A model generated the notes under the pieces. That model saw nothing but the letters and a program-made list of their open reading frames with translations. It was not told where the DNA came from and searched no databases. A stretch of DNA of 43,875 nucleotides, filler included, from Jimgerdemannia flammicorona (lineage: Eukaryota): NCBI GenBank assembly GCA_003990765.1. It is 2 parts of 2 records of this genome, joined end to end, with 100 filler letters (N's around TTAATTAATTAA, not from the genome) between each part and the next. Parts side by side here need not be neighbours in the genome. Positions count along the whole stretch, not along the records: positions 1 to 21,891 come from RBNJ01001372.1; 1 more part is not named here. One strand, 5' to 3'. Positions 1 through 10,332 of this stretch are shown here, in pieces (the stretch's first letter is position 1; every line of letters begins with the position of its first letter). The position numbers and the translations under genes were made by a program.

Positions 1-187
1 TTAAGGGCTTTCAAATGACAACAAGATCATCAAATTTGGATGATTATTCATCAAGGTATTGATGTAAACATTTAATTGTCTAATTTGGAAATCAAAACAA
101 TGGTTGATTCGAATCCGATTCGAATCCGATTCGAATCCGATTCGAATCCATCCGAATCCCATCCGGATTGACTCGTTCGGAGCACTA
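1..187. mobile_element. Right end of a hAT-like DNA transposon/MITE, inserted in the pol region of Gypsy copy A1 and running off the window
   Basis: Ends in ...TTCGGAGCACTA (187), nearly the same as the right terminus TTGGGAGCACTA of the MITE at 30368-30731. Has subterminal TCGAA-rich repeats. Family-A pol sequence starts at 188. Confidence 0.7.
106..170. repeat. Tandem 11-bp GATTCGAATCC repeat (about 4 perfect units, then degenerate); subterminal repeat of the hAT-like element
   Basis: Directly visible head-to-tail units with no spacers. Confidence 0.9.
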
Positions 188-2803
188 TATAGGACTGGAG
201 CATAGGTCAGGTGGTTCTTGAGTTCTTAAAAGACTTGTTGACAGAAGAGGTCCTAGGTGAAGGGTATATAGTGGTCTGAGTGTAGAGCCTTCCTCATGAG
301 GTTAGTGGCTCAGCAATACCAGAGAAGCTTTTGACAAAGTGACAGTAATAGTCAGCTAGGCCAAGAAAGGATCAGAGTTCTGTGAGGTTTGACAGAATAG
401 GCCATTCTTGAATTGTCTCTATCTTGTAGGGATCTATTTGAATTCCTTGTATAAAGACAATATAGCCAAGATATTTGACTTGTTCCTTGAATAATTCATA
501 CTTCTTGAGCTTGACATAAAGCTTGTATTTTCACAGAATCTCCAGGACTATTTAAATATGTTTAAGATATTCTTCTTTAGTTATACTAAAGATCAGAATG
601 TTGTTAAGATATACCAACAGAAAAATAAATAGTTGGTCCTTGAATATCTTATTTATCAATGTCTGAAATATAGCAAGTGTATTAGTGAGATCAAATACTA
701 AGACCAGGAATTTATAGAGTCCAAAGGGGGTTATAAATATAGTCTTGGGAATGTCTTCTGGCTTGATTCAGATCTGGTGGTATCCTGACATAAGGTCCAA
801 CTTAGTAAAGTACTTGGTATTTTTGAGAGTATTAAATATTTGATCAATCAAGAGTAGCAGATAGCAGTTCTTGGCAGTAAGCTTATTGAGTACACAGTAG
901 TCTATATATATTCATAGGATATCATCCTTCTTAATAAATAGAACTGGTGAGCCATAAGGGAATTTGCTTGGCTAAATGGCTTCTCATATAAGTAGTTCTT
1001 CTAGTTCCTTCTTGACTACTTCAATTTCAAGTAGTGATATGCAGTATATATATTTCTTGGGTAGTATAGCTCCTGGGGTCAGTTTGATTTCATAATCAAC
1101 TTTTCATATAGGTGGTAGATCAGGTAGCTTATCTGAAAAGACATCCTTGAATTCTTCTAGTAGTAACTTGATACTTTTATTGACTAATAATTTCTTGTCT
1201 TGTTTCTTGGAATAGACTATTACAATAAAGGTATGCATTGCCTTCTTGAGTACTCTCTTATACTGTATGACTGACAGTATTGCAATCTGGGTCTTACTTG
1301 TAGTCTTGTCTGTCTTAATGGTGATATTGACTCCATCTTAAAGTAAGGTGACTTCATTCTTACACCAATCAATATCTGGGTTATAGTTCATAAATCAGAG
1401 TTTTCCTAGAATCAGGTCATAATCTCCTAGTAGTGCAATCTTGAAGTCTATTCATTCTCAATATTTCTGAATTTTGATAGATAGTTTAGTAGCAATTAAC
1501 TCAATAGAGTATAGTATATTATCTGTAATAACTATACTATTATTAAATATAGGCTTAGTGAGGATCTTGAGGCTTTTGATGAGATTCTGATTGATGAAGT
1601 TCTCTACAACTTTACTGTCTATAAGTACTTAAACTTCTTTTTCTTTAACTAGGTCTTTGAAAATAAGCATAGCTTGAGCTCAATTTTCAGTAAGACTTGC
1701 TGCTTGATCAGTGCTACTAAAATCTTTTTGATCTCATTTGGTTTCAGAGAGTTCTTGGACTTCTGTAATCTTGAGTTGACTGGCTTTTTCTAGAATCATT
1801 TGTGTGACTTAGTCTTCTTTCTTGACTGTGTAGTCTTGATCCTTCTGGTTGATAAGCAGAACTTGAACTTATCCTTGAAAGTCTGGGTCAATAATATCAG
1901 TATCTACATCTAAATGATATTTGACACTGAGTCCTGATCACAGTATAATTCTGGTATAATGTCTTTCAGAATATTGGACTGCAATTCTAGTAGGCACCAG
2001 AGTTCAGCCCTTGGCTAGAATAATGACTTATTTGATAGAGTGTAGGTCAAGATCAATGGCTCCTTCTATTAATATTGAGAGGCCTGGGTCTTTGAGGAAA
2101 GCTTCTTAATCTTAAGCTCAGATTGGCTGATAGTAGGATTGACAGGTATGTCTTTGGACAATATGGTGACTGGTCTAGAAGGTTCACTAGTCTTCTTAGG
2201 ACATTTGATTATAATATGTCCTATTTGGCAACAGAAGAAACAGACTCCAGATTTCTTCAGATAGTTCTTTTCTTCAGAGGTAAGCTTGGTGTTCTTTTTG
2301 TTCATTGTGTCTAAGTCTATTAGTACTAGACTAACTATCCTTGATTAGTTTCTGTGGTAGTTCTCGAAGTGGTTCTTCTTGTAGTATTCTAGTTCAAAGT
2401 GGTTGCTAAAGATAATGATATCAAACCTATTGGCAATTCTCATAGCTTCATCAAGACTTTATAACTCTTCTAGCTTGACCTTGACTCATATATTTCCCTT
2501 CAGACCTTGGACATAGTGGTCTATCATTTTGTTCTTAGCTATCGCTGGTAGTTTGAGTAGGATTGATAGAAATTGTACATTATAGCTTTATACAGACTTA
2601 AGTTGCTTGATGTTTGCTAGCTTGTCTCTAGCTAGCTTGATAGTATTAGTAAACTTGAACTGCCTATGAAGGGCTCTCTTGAAAGCTTCCCAATTTTTAA
2701 TTTGTATATATGAGTGTATAGATATAGTCATAATGTAATTATACTACTAAATAGCTATATTTCCTCAGAGAAGTATAGTGGCAAATTGGACTTATATGTC
2801 TTC
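188..2803 (-). pseudogene. A1 gag(C-term)-dUTPase-protease-reverse transcriptase, many in-frame stops
   Basis: Zinc knuckle CFFCCQIGHIIIKC (ORF 2069-2305), protease LIDS motif near 1620, RT motifs LDLMSGYHQI and a degenerate YL(D)(D) near 605. Confidence 0.9.
1710..2119 (-). pseudogene. dUTPase domain of A1
   Basis: Degenerate trimeric dUTPase motifs (IL*SGL, IIDPDFQG, ED*VTQM, C-terminal *DQKDFSST); colinear with A2 17161-17574. Confidence 0.85.
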
Positions 2804-3024
2804 TTTTTTTTTTTATTTTTTTTATTTTTTTTTTATAGTCACTTGGACTTTGCCATTTATTATCAGTATAGTTACAGTGACAGGATTTCCTCTCACTACC
2901 CAATCCCCATAAGAAAGTCCCCTCTCATATCTTCACATTTGAAGACTATCTTATCACTCACAACTCCAATTCTCCCTCTACTCTACCTATAGATTTTCTC
3001 TACCAAGCAATATCTCCAACTATC

Positions 3025-3538
3025 TGTAGAGGCACATGGGCAAAAATAGGATGCATCCAAATTAGGCAAGAATCCTGGATTCTGAAACAACATGGAAGAA
3101 GTCCTGTTCCATTTCCATTTCTATTGGTAAAGTGCTCTAATTACTCAGCAGAGTGTTCCAGACACTTCTTGGGGTTTGTAGAAGCATATGGAGAAAGATT
3201 ACTCAGTATTTCTAGCAGTTTCGAGGATAGGAGGGCTTCTATGTATAAATAGTATAGGCTCAAGCATGCAATAAAGGACAGAGTTAGTTCAGTAAGAGAA
3301 TCAGAATTTATTGAGAATTGGCAACTAGAAGTGCATATCCTGAGGATTCGTAGATCTAAGGATTCGGTGTGCAAGCGGTCGTTTTTCAAGCCTTCCGAGA
3401 GGTTCTTCTGACACTTTACTTAGCGAATTCCCTAGCAAATGTGTCGCGATTACCACACACCCTTTCGATCTACAACCAGTCCAATTACCGCCCCTTTGAC
3501 AGTCAAGTGATTTTAGGTAGAAATTGCCAAATTTTACA
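3025..3538 (+). repeat. 5' LTR of element B
   Basis: TG...CA termini; aligns without gaps to 9814-10327; TATAAATA at 3244-3251. Confidence 0.97.
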
Positions 3539-3539
3539 T

Positions 3540-3558
3540 TGGTAGAGACGTCGAGGAA
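3540..3558 (+). promoter_or_regulatory. Primer-binding site of element B (TGGTAGAGACGTCGAGGAA); primer tRNA uncertain, possibly Ala
   Basis: TGG-initiated motif 1 nt after the 5' LTR. Confidence 0.6.
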
Positions 3559-3607
3559 TATAATTCTCAAAATCAAGCATTCAAGTGAAACCCACAACTA
3601 CATCAAG

Positions 3608-6600
3608 ATGTCACCAGCACAGGAGGCTCTGCTACGCTACACCAGTGCATACCACAAAAATGTCATCACTTTCTTTGAAGATCTAGAAACCTATATGGTT
3701 GACTGTCATATCTGCGCCAACAATGAAAAGGTGGACGTGCTCAAAGCCCACCTATGTGATGAAGCCCTAACAGTTGCCAATACTATAGTTCCATCAGAAA
3801 ACCCCTTCATTGTCTTCACTGGACCTACATATGATGTGATTAAGGCCCGCATTATCAGCCACTTCACCAAGAATTGAGGGCTCGCAGCGCTCAACATTGG
3901 CCTTGGTAACATCGTGATCAGCCTGGGGGAGAGCCCCGTTGCTTTCTGGGCCTGTGTGCAGAAGAACTGCAACCTATATGGCATTGATATAAGGGAGCTG
4001 AGAGAGCAGACATTCTACCAAGAAGCCATGAAGGTCTATAGTAGTGAGATACATTGGAATTATCGGAAGAGGTTTGATGAAGTACTCCTTGCCACTCAGA
4101 ATGCATAGGAAGACTATGTGGGACAAATCAGAATGTCCGGGCCAGCAGTATACACCCCAAGGATCCCTCTGTTTGTCTTGGACTCTTCGCCGGCCACCGG
4201 TATACCAACCAATCCTCTGGTGGCTCACTTGATGGAGTTCCGGGCTGTGATGGCGATAGTGGCAAGCACCTACATGGCTCAGCCGGCGGCCTCCCCTATG
4301 CCTATGACCAGCGATGAGCTAACGGAGTTGATCAAAAAGGCCGTTAGTCTGGCAGTGAATGATAAAATACAGCAAATCAATGACAAATTACAACAGTTCG
4401 AGAAATACACCTTGAGCAGTCCCTGGAAGTACTACAACTGTGGAGAGGTCGGCCACATGGCAAGATATTGCCCAAACTGCAAACAAGAGGATGGATTGGG
4501 ACCAGCAACAGGCAGCAATCATATACCAGTCCAAGTGGCACCCGCCAGCCATACCCCTTCTGCCAATCATGTGGGCATAAGTGAGCAGCCAGAAGGTTCA
4601 GCTGAAGCCTACCTGGTTGTAAAGGATGTCCATTTTAACCCGATAGCTGGAAGGACATGGGGAAAACAGGTGGCAACTGGAACTGGTGGGGCCAGCGGAG
4701 CCAGCGGGGCCGTTTAGGGTGGAACAGCACCAGAAGATGAGGTAATGGCAGATGTAGAGGAAGGAAACAAGAAGCCAGCTGGTGAGCAAGTAGTGGAAAT
4801 TCCCATCCTCCCAGTACCGAAGAAGAAAGCAAAGCAAGCTCAGAAGAAGTTTGGGATAATCAACATAATGAATGACGGGGAACCTTACTCGATTACAGCA
4901 TCCCTAGCCAACACACCCGCCGGTATAACCTACAGACAACTCCTAGCCATCTCCCTGATTACCCAGAAGGAGTTCAGGCAAGAGCTGTGGCATGGTGTCA
5001 TCATGGTGGAACCAGCAGAAGAACCCATGGTCAAACTGGTCATCCAGGAACCCACCATCCAAGACCCTGCCAAGAGACTAGTAGGAGCAGCCGTAACGGC
5101 CTCCGCTGTTATCACGAAACCCACCACAACCCTATATGAAGAGGTAGAAGTAGGCAGCAGGAGATATGAGGTCATCTTCGACACTAGCGCCTCGGAGAAT
5201 TGTATCCCGGAACACGTGGCCAAAACTACGAAAAGGGTGATCAAGTCTACCAACCTTGTTGTAAGCATGGCAAATGGAACCCTATGCCCGCGCGGAATAA
5301 TAGAAGGACTCAGGGCAAGGATCGGCACCAAGGAATACTTGCTCAATGCTATTGTCTTCCTGGACACCTTGTTAGCAACCATCTTAATCGGCACAGCTTG
5401 GTTGCAGCCACAAGGCACCCACATCCACTTGGATACCATGCAATTAGTTCTAAGGGATGGCAATAGCATTCCAGTATGGACTGGAGCCCAATTAATGTGG
5501 GCTGAAGGCATCGATGAGGATGATAGCGGAACGGACAATACCTCAGATGAAGAAGACAACAAAGAAAGTGACGAGCAGGCACACACTATGACAATAAACC
5601 TAATAGACCCCGACCTGGATAAGGAACAACTGCATGACCTCACGCTTATACTAGGTGATGCTCCATTCACTGACAGGGTAGAAGATTTCAGGCATTGTAA
5701 CCTTGTCTAACATTGCATATATATAGGTGACACGGTCCTGATTAGACAAAAGGCGTATAGGCTTAGCCCATAGAAGAAAGCCATTATGCAAGAAGAATTG
5801 GAAAAATTAACAATACTCAGGGTAATACAACCATCGGAGAGTCCCTGGGCCTCCTCTGTCATCATTCCAGACAAGAAGGATGGAAACTTATGACTTTGCG
5901 GCAATTTCTGGAAGCTCAACCTGGCAATGGTCAAGGATACATATCTCTTGCCTAGAATCGACGAGCTCTTGGACACACTAAGTGGAGGCACATGGTTCTC
6001 AATCTTGGACCTGAAGAGCGGGTTCTGGCAGATCGAACTGGTTCCAGAGGATAGGTCGAAAATAGCATTCATCACGGCATTCAGACTATATGAATACCAG
6101 CATATACTGATGGGTCTCGTGAACTCCCCAGCAATGTTCCAGCACCTTATGGACCTGATCCTATGACCATACATTGGCAAGTTTGTACTGGTTTACGTAG
6201 ATGATATCATCATATATTCAGCAATCTATAATGAGCATATGGAGTATTTAGCTGCCATAATGGAAGCCTTTTGGCATGCCAACCTTATGCTCAACCATAA
6301 GAAGTGTTTCTTTGCTCAAAAGCAGGTTGCTTACCTGGGACATGTCATCAATGGTGCTGGAATACATATGGATACCACCAAAATGTATAAAATTAGCATA
6401 TTTCCCATTCCAAAGAACCTCAAGGACGTACGATGGTTCCTAGGAATCATGGGATATTATTGCCATTTCATGCTTGGCTTTGCGGCAGTGGTGCAGCCCC
6501 TTATGAAGTTAATATCCAAGACACGTGCCTTCAAGTGGTCGAAGGATATGCAGCAAACATTTGAGGAATTGCGGGATCATCTGATTCAGGCACCCATCCT

Positions 6601-8475
6601 GGCATACCCACACGACAGGGCCCCCTCTATCTTGCAAACAGATGCCTCGGACTACACGATTGGCTGTGTGCTCACACAGATAGAGGTCGACAGTCTTGAA
6701 CACCCCGTCGCTTATGCAAGCAGAACTCTAAACAGTGCTGAGCAGAAGTATACAATAATGGAAAAGGAAGGATTAGCAGTCATTTGGGGTATAGACCAGT
6801 TTCATTACTATTTGGACACCGGTCAGCCTTTTGTTATACAGACCGACCATGCAGTGCTCAAATCTATCCTCGCTACCAAAGAACCCAAGGGACATATAGC
6901 TCAATGGATAGTCAAGTTGATGGCTTATCAGTATACTGTTGAGCTTCACCCAGGTCGAGTTCACTTGAATGCTGATGCATTGTCCCAGCTGATAGAACCC
7001 GAGCAAGAAGAACCAGTGGAAGTCTATGTGGTGAAGAAAAGAGCAGAACACGTAAGCACAAAGTGGACCCCAGAAATGTATGACAAGACTTTCGCCAAAA
7101 TCACCAGTTCCCCATCCAGCTTACTTCTTGTACCCCAATTCGGAGGAAAATAGAAGAAATAGTCCAGAAGCTCAAGCTCAACCAGCAGATCCTTCACTAT
7201 ATCAAAGATAAGTGCGTCTTACCTCATCCTGACCAGGTATCTCCCCTGATAGACCGATTCCATGGGATGGCACATTTCAGGCTCAAGAACACCTTGCGGG
7301 CAGTGCAACATGAATACCGGTGGCCGGGAATGTTTCAGGATGTACAACGATGTGTAGCCTCCTGTGAAGCTTGTCAGGCACGTGCCAGCCCAAAAAGGCA
7401 TGAGAACTTGATGCCTATCGAAGTGACGGGCCCCTTTGACAGGGTCGGAGTGGACTTTATTGGACTGTTGCTGCAAACAGACTGTATGAATGCATATATT
7501 ATTGTTGGCATAGACTACCTTATGAAGTGGGTAGAGGCACACACCACCATCGATGCCACCACTGCCACCGCCACTAGGTTCATATACGAGGACATAGTTT
7601 GCCGACATGGTTGCTCTGTAATCTTGCAGAGTGACCAGGGGAGCCATTTCATGGGGAATGTTGTCAGCGAGCTAACTGCTCATTTTGGAATCACCCACAA
7701 GTTTACGACGCCATATCACCCCCAGTCCAACGGCCTTGTGGAGAGATTCAACCGAACCCTAAAAGGAGTATTAAAAAGGCTGGTGTTAGAACATGACAAT
7801 AACTGGGATCTACATCTTCCCACTGTTCTTTTTGCATACCGAACCATGACCCAGGCAACTACTTGCCATTCCCCATTCACACTTACCTATGGGCAGGAGG
7901 CATGGCACTCCTTTGGACCCACCATCAGTCTAGTTGATGAGCCCTTGGAGGATACCTTAGCAGAGGCTATCCTTAGGCGAGCCAAGGAGGTCACCCATCT
8001 CGACAAGAAGGCTCGTAAGCAGGCCCTTGAGCAAATCAGGAATGAGCAAGTGAAATAGAAGGCTCAGTACGATGCTCAGAGAGTTTGGGGTCTCATTCCA
8101 CCATTGGCGGAAGGAGATCTGGTAATGCTGTATAAAGAAACCACTGGGGTGTGGGAATCTCAGTGGGTGGGGCCATATACAGTCAAGATCGTCCACGGAA
8201 ATGGCACTTATTCGCTGATGGAGCCTGGCAGAGTGGACCTAGAGGCTCCCCAACATGGAAACAGGCTCCAGGCATATATTCCAAGGGTGTAGGGGCCGAA
8301 TGAGAGCAGATACAAGAGGATGCAGGTGGAATGGAGTGTGGCTGAGTGGCGGGAGACAAAAATTAGATGCTGGCAGGACTGGCAGAAGCTGTTATTGGAG
8401 GGAATCAGCATATATTACTGCCGGAGGAATATTTGCAGATGTATAGCAGTCCAAGGAGTGGGCCGAAATAGATGA
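3608..8475 (+). pseudogene. Element B single-frame gag-pol polyprotein (9 in-frame stops, one frameshift near 7100; may end at 8292 or 8475)
   Basis: Knuckle YYNCGEVGHMARYC, protease IFDTSAS, RT LDLKSGFWQI and YVDD, RNase H LQTDASDY...EKEGLAVIW, integrase H..CEAC, VDFIG, SDQGSHF, NGLVERFNRTLK, WVGPY. No chromodomain seen. Confidence 0.95.
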
Positions 8476-8636
8476 CAACAAGGTAGCAGCATAGAGCAGA
8501 CTGAAACCTATCAAATGAGCTTTTTAGAAGAAAAATCAGGTACCAATTAGGCCAGATAACCCTGGGTAAAGAACAGACCCTTGGTAGCCCACCAGAATGC
8601 GTAGACATTTCAGTATTCCTCTTTTAGTTAAACTAG

Positions 8637-8723
8637 TATAAATATGCATCGAATATGTGACAAATCCTCTTTATCCTTGTCAATCCTCTCTCTCTTCTTT
8701 CTCTTTTCCTTCGTTATATCATC
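8637..8723 (+). promoter_or_regulatory. Putative internal promoter (TATA box plus CT-rich leader) for the cyclin-like ORF
   Basis: TATAAATA at 8637-8644, pyrimidine tract ~8664-8712, then ATCATGG at the 8724 start. Confidence 0.55.
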
Positions 8724-9782
8724 ATGGCTAACTCTTCGGTGCAAGCCCCCCTTTCCCGCTCCTCTTCAACTATCGTACCATCAACTCCACCCTTTTACCA
8801 TGCTATCCCAAACTGGGGCACCACAGCCCCAGTATCCCCCTCAATACTGTGCTCGGCTTTCACTACCCTGGAACCCGATAATGGTGGCTCCTCGACAGAT
8901 CACTTGAGCCACAACGAGTTCTCTCCCTCCGACCTTTATGAAGAAGGAGAAGCACAATGACCCCTTTGAATAGAACCCTGTGCTCCGCCCCTCAAGGAAA
9001 ACCATTACGAGCGATTCTGGTCGACTCCTGGCCACCTAGATGGTGTCATTGATTGGTAAGAAAGATATCTGCATTGGTAGGAGCACAGACGAAAACTGGA
9101 AAGTGAGGCAAAGGGTGTCTAAGTCAATATTAGAATAATGCTGATGCATAACCCATATGCTTGGCACCGATGGGAGGAAATGTTTTTATGATTGCTAGTT
9201 CTAGCATCCACGTATGGTACAGATCAGCAAATATCGATGTCCTTCGTAGCATTGAATATCCTAGACCAATTCATGGCAAGGGGTCTATTGGAAGAAGACT
9301 GTTATTGAATCGCCGACATAGTGTGCTTTGGACTGGCATATAGGGCAATGACCCCTTACCTAGATTGTCATTGGTCCTCAGAACAAGCAAAAAGACTGCA
9401 CAATGAATGATATGAGGAGAGAGGAAATGAGGAGGTCTTTTATCAACTGGAGCATGAGATTCTATAACTGTTAGAATGGCATTTGGTGCCTAAGGCCTCC
9501 GTGGAAAGCATCCTCTAGTTCCTGGGGAATGAGCAAGGAATATGACCAGAAGAAAGGCTATATACCAGGGGACTAAATGAACTGGCAATCTTCGACCAGG
9601 ACTTGGCCGAATTCAATGCATAGACCCTGGCGTCATCCAGTCTATACATTGCCAGAAAAGGGAATGCAGGGCCTCTGACCCTGGACGACCCTTGTTTTCC
9701 GTGTCTTCACTGTTTCTCACAACGCTTATGTTCCTCAGCGCCCCCCATGGTCCACCAGCATTACTCGCAGTTGTTCTTGTAA
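8724..9782 (+). pseudogene. Cyclin-like protein (N- and C-terminal cyclin folds), 352 codons, 12 in-frame stops, no frameshift
   Basis: Manual read-through: WEEMFL*LLVLASTY..SFVALNILDQFMAR..*IADIVCFGLAYR..EEVFYQLEHEIL*LLEWHLVP..RLYTRGLNELAIFDQDLAEFNA*TLASSSLYIARK. This is colinear with the cyclin consensus [90 protein letters not shown]. Confidence 0.85.
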
Positions 9783-9796
9783 GGAAGGATACATTC

Positions 9797-9813
9797 AAAG
9801 AAGGGAAGGTAGA
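9797..9813 (+). promoter_or_regulatory. Polypurine tract of element B
   Basis: AAAGAAGGGAAGGTAGA immediately before the 3' LTR. Confidence 0.85.
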
Positions 9814-10327
9814 TATTGAGGCATGTGGCCAAAAATAGGACATATCCAAATCAGGTAAGAATCCTGGATTCTGAAACAATATGGAAGAAGTTCTGTTCCA
9901 TTTCCATTTCTATCGGTAAAGCACTCTAATTACTCAGCGGAACATTCCAGACACTTCTTGGAGTTCATAGAAGCATATGGAGAAAGATTACTCAGTATTT
10001 CTAGCAGTTTCGAGGATAGGAGGGCTTCCATATATAAATAGCATAGGCTCAAGCATGCAATAAAGGACAGAGTTAGTTCAGTAAGAGAATTGAAATTTAT
10101 TGAGAATTGGCAACTAGAAGCGCATATTCTGAGGATTCATAGATCTAAGAATTCGGTGTGCAAGCAGTCGTTTTTTAAGCCTTCTGAGAGGTTCTTCTGA
10201 CACTTTACTTAGCAAATTCCCTAGAAAATGCATTGTGATTACCACACACCCTTTCAATCTACAACCAGTCCAATTACTGCCCCTTTGACAGTCAAGTGAT
10301 TTCAGGTGGAAATTGCTGAATTTCACA
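9814..10327 (+). repeat. 3' LTR of element B
   Basis: 514-bp direct repeat of 3025-3538, followed by TSD CTATC. Confidence 0.97.
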
Positions 10328-10332
10328 CTATC

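Larger units (their letters stand above)
3025..10327 (+). mobile_element. Complete Ty3/Gypsy LTR retrotransposon B with an extra cyclin-like ORF
   Basis: Two 514-bp LTRs, perfect 5-bp TSD CTATC (3020-3024 and 10328-10332), PBS, PPT, domain order gag-PR-RT-RH-IN. Confidence 0.97.

Noticed and set aside
106..170. Short repeat array as a CRISPR
   Set aside because: 11-bp head-to-tail units with no spacers, in eukaryotic TE context; explained as hAT subterminal repeats.
2714..2992. Hydrophobic Phe-rich ORFs (also 35946-36227) as membrane proteins
   Set aside because: The Phe runs come from LINE poly(A)/poly(T) tails, and the ORFs cross insertion junctions.
8724..9782. Extra ORF of element B as an env gene
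   Set aside because: The position fits env, but there is no signal peptide, furin site or C-terminal transmembrane anchor, and the motifs match cyclin folds.
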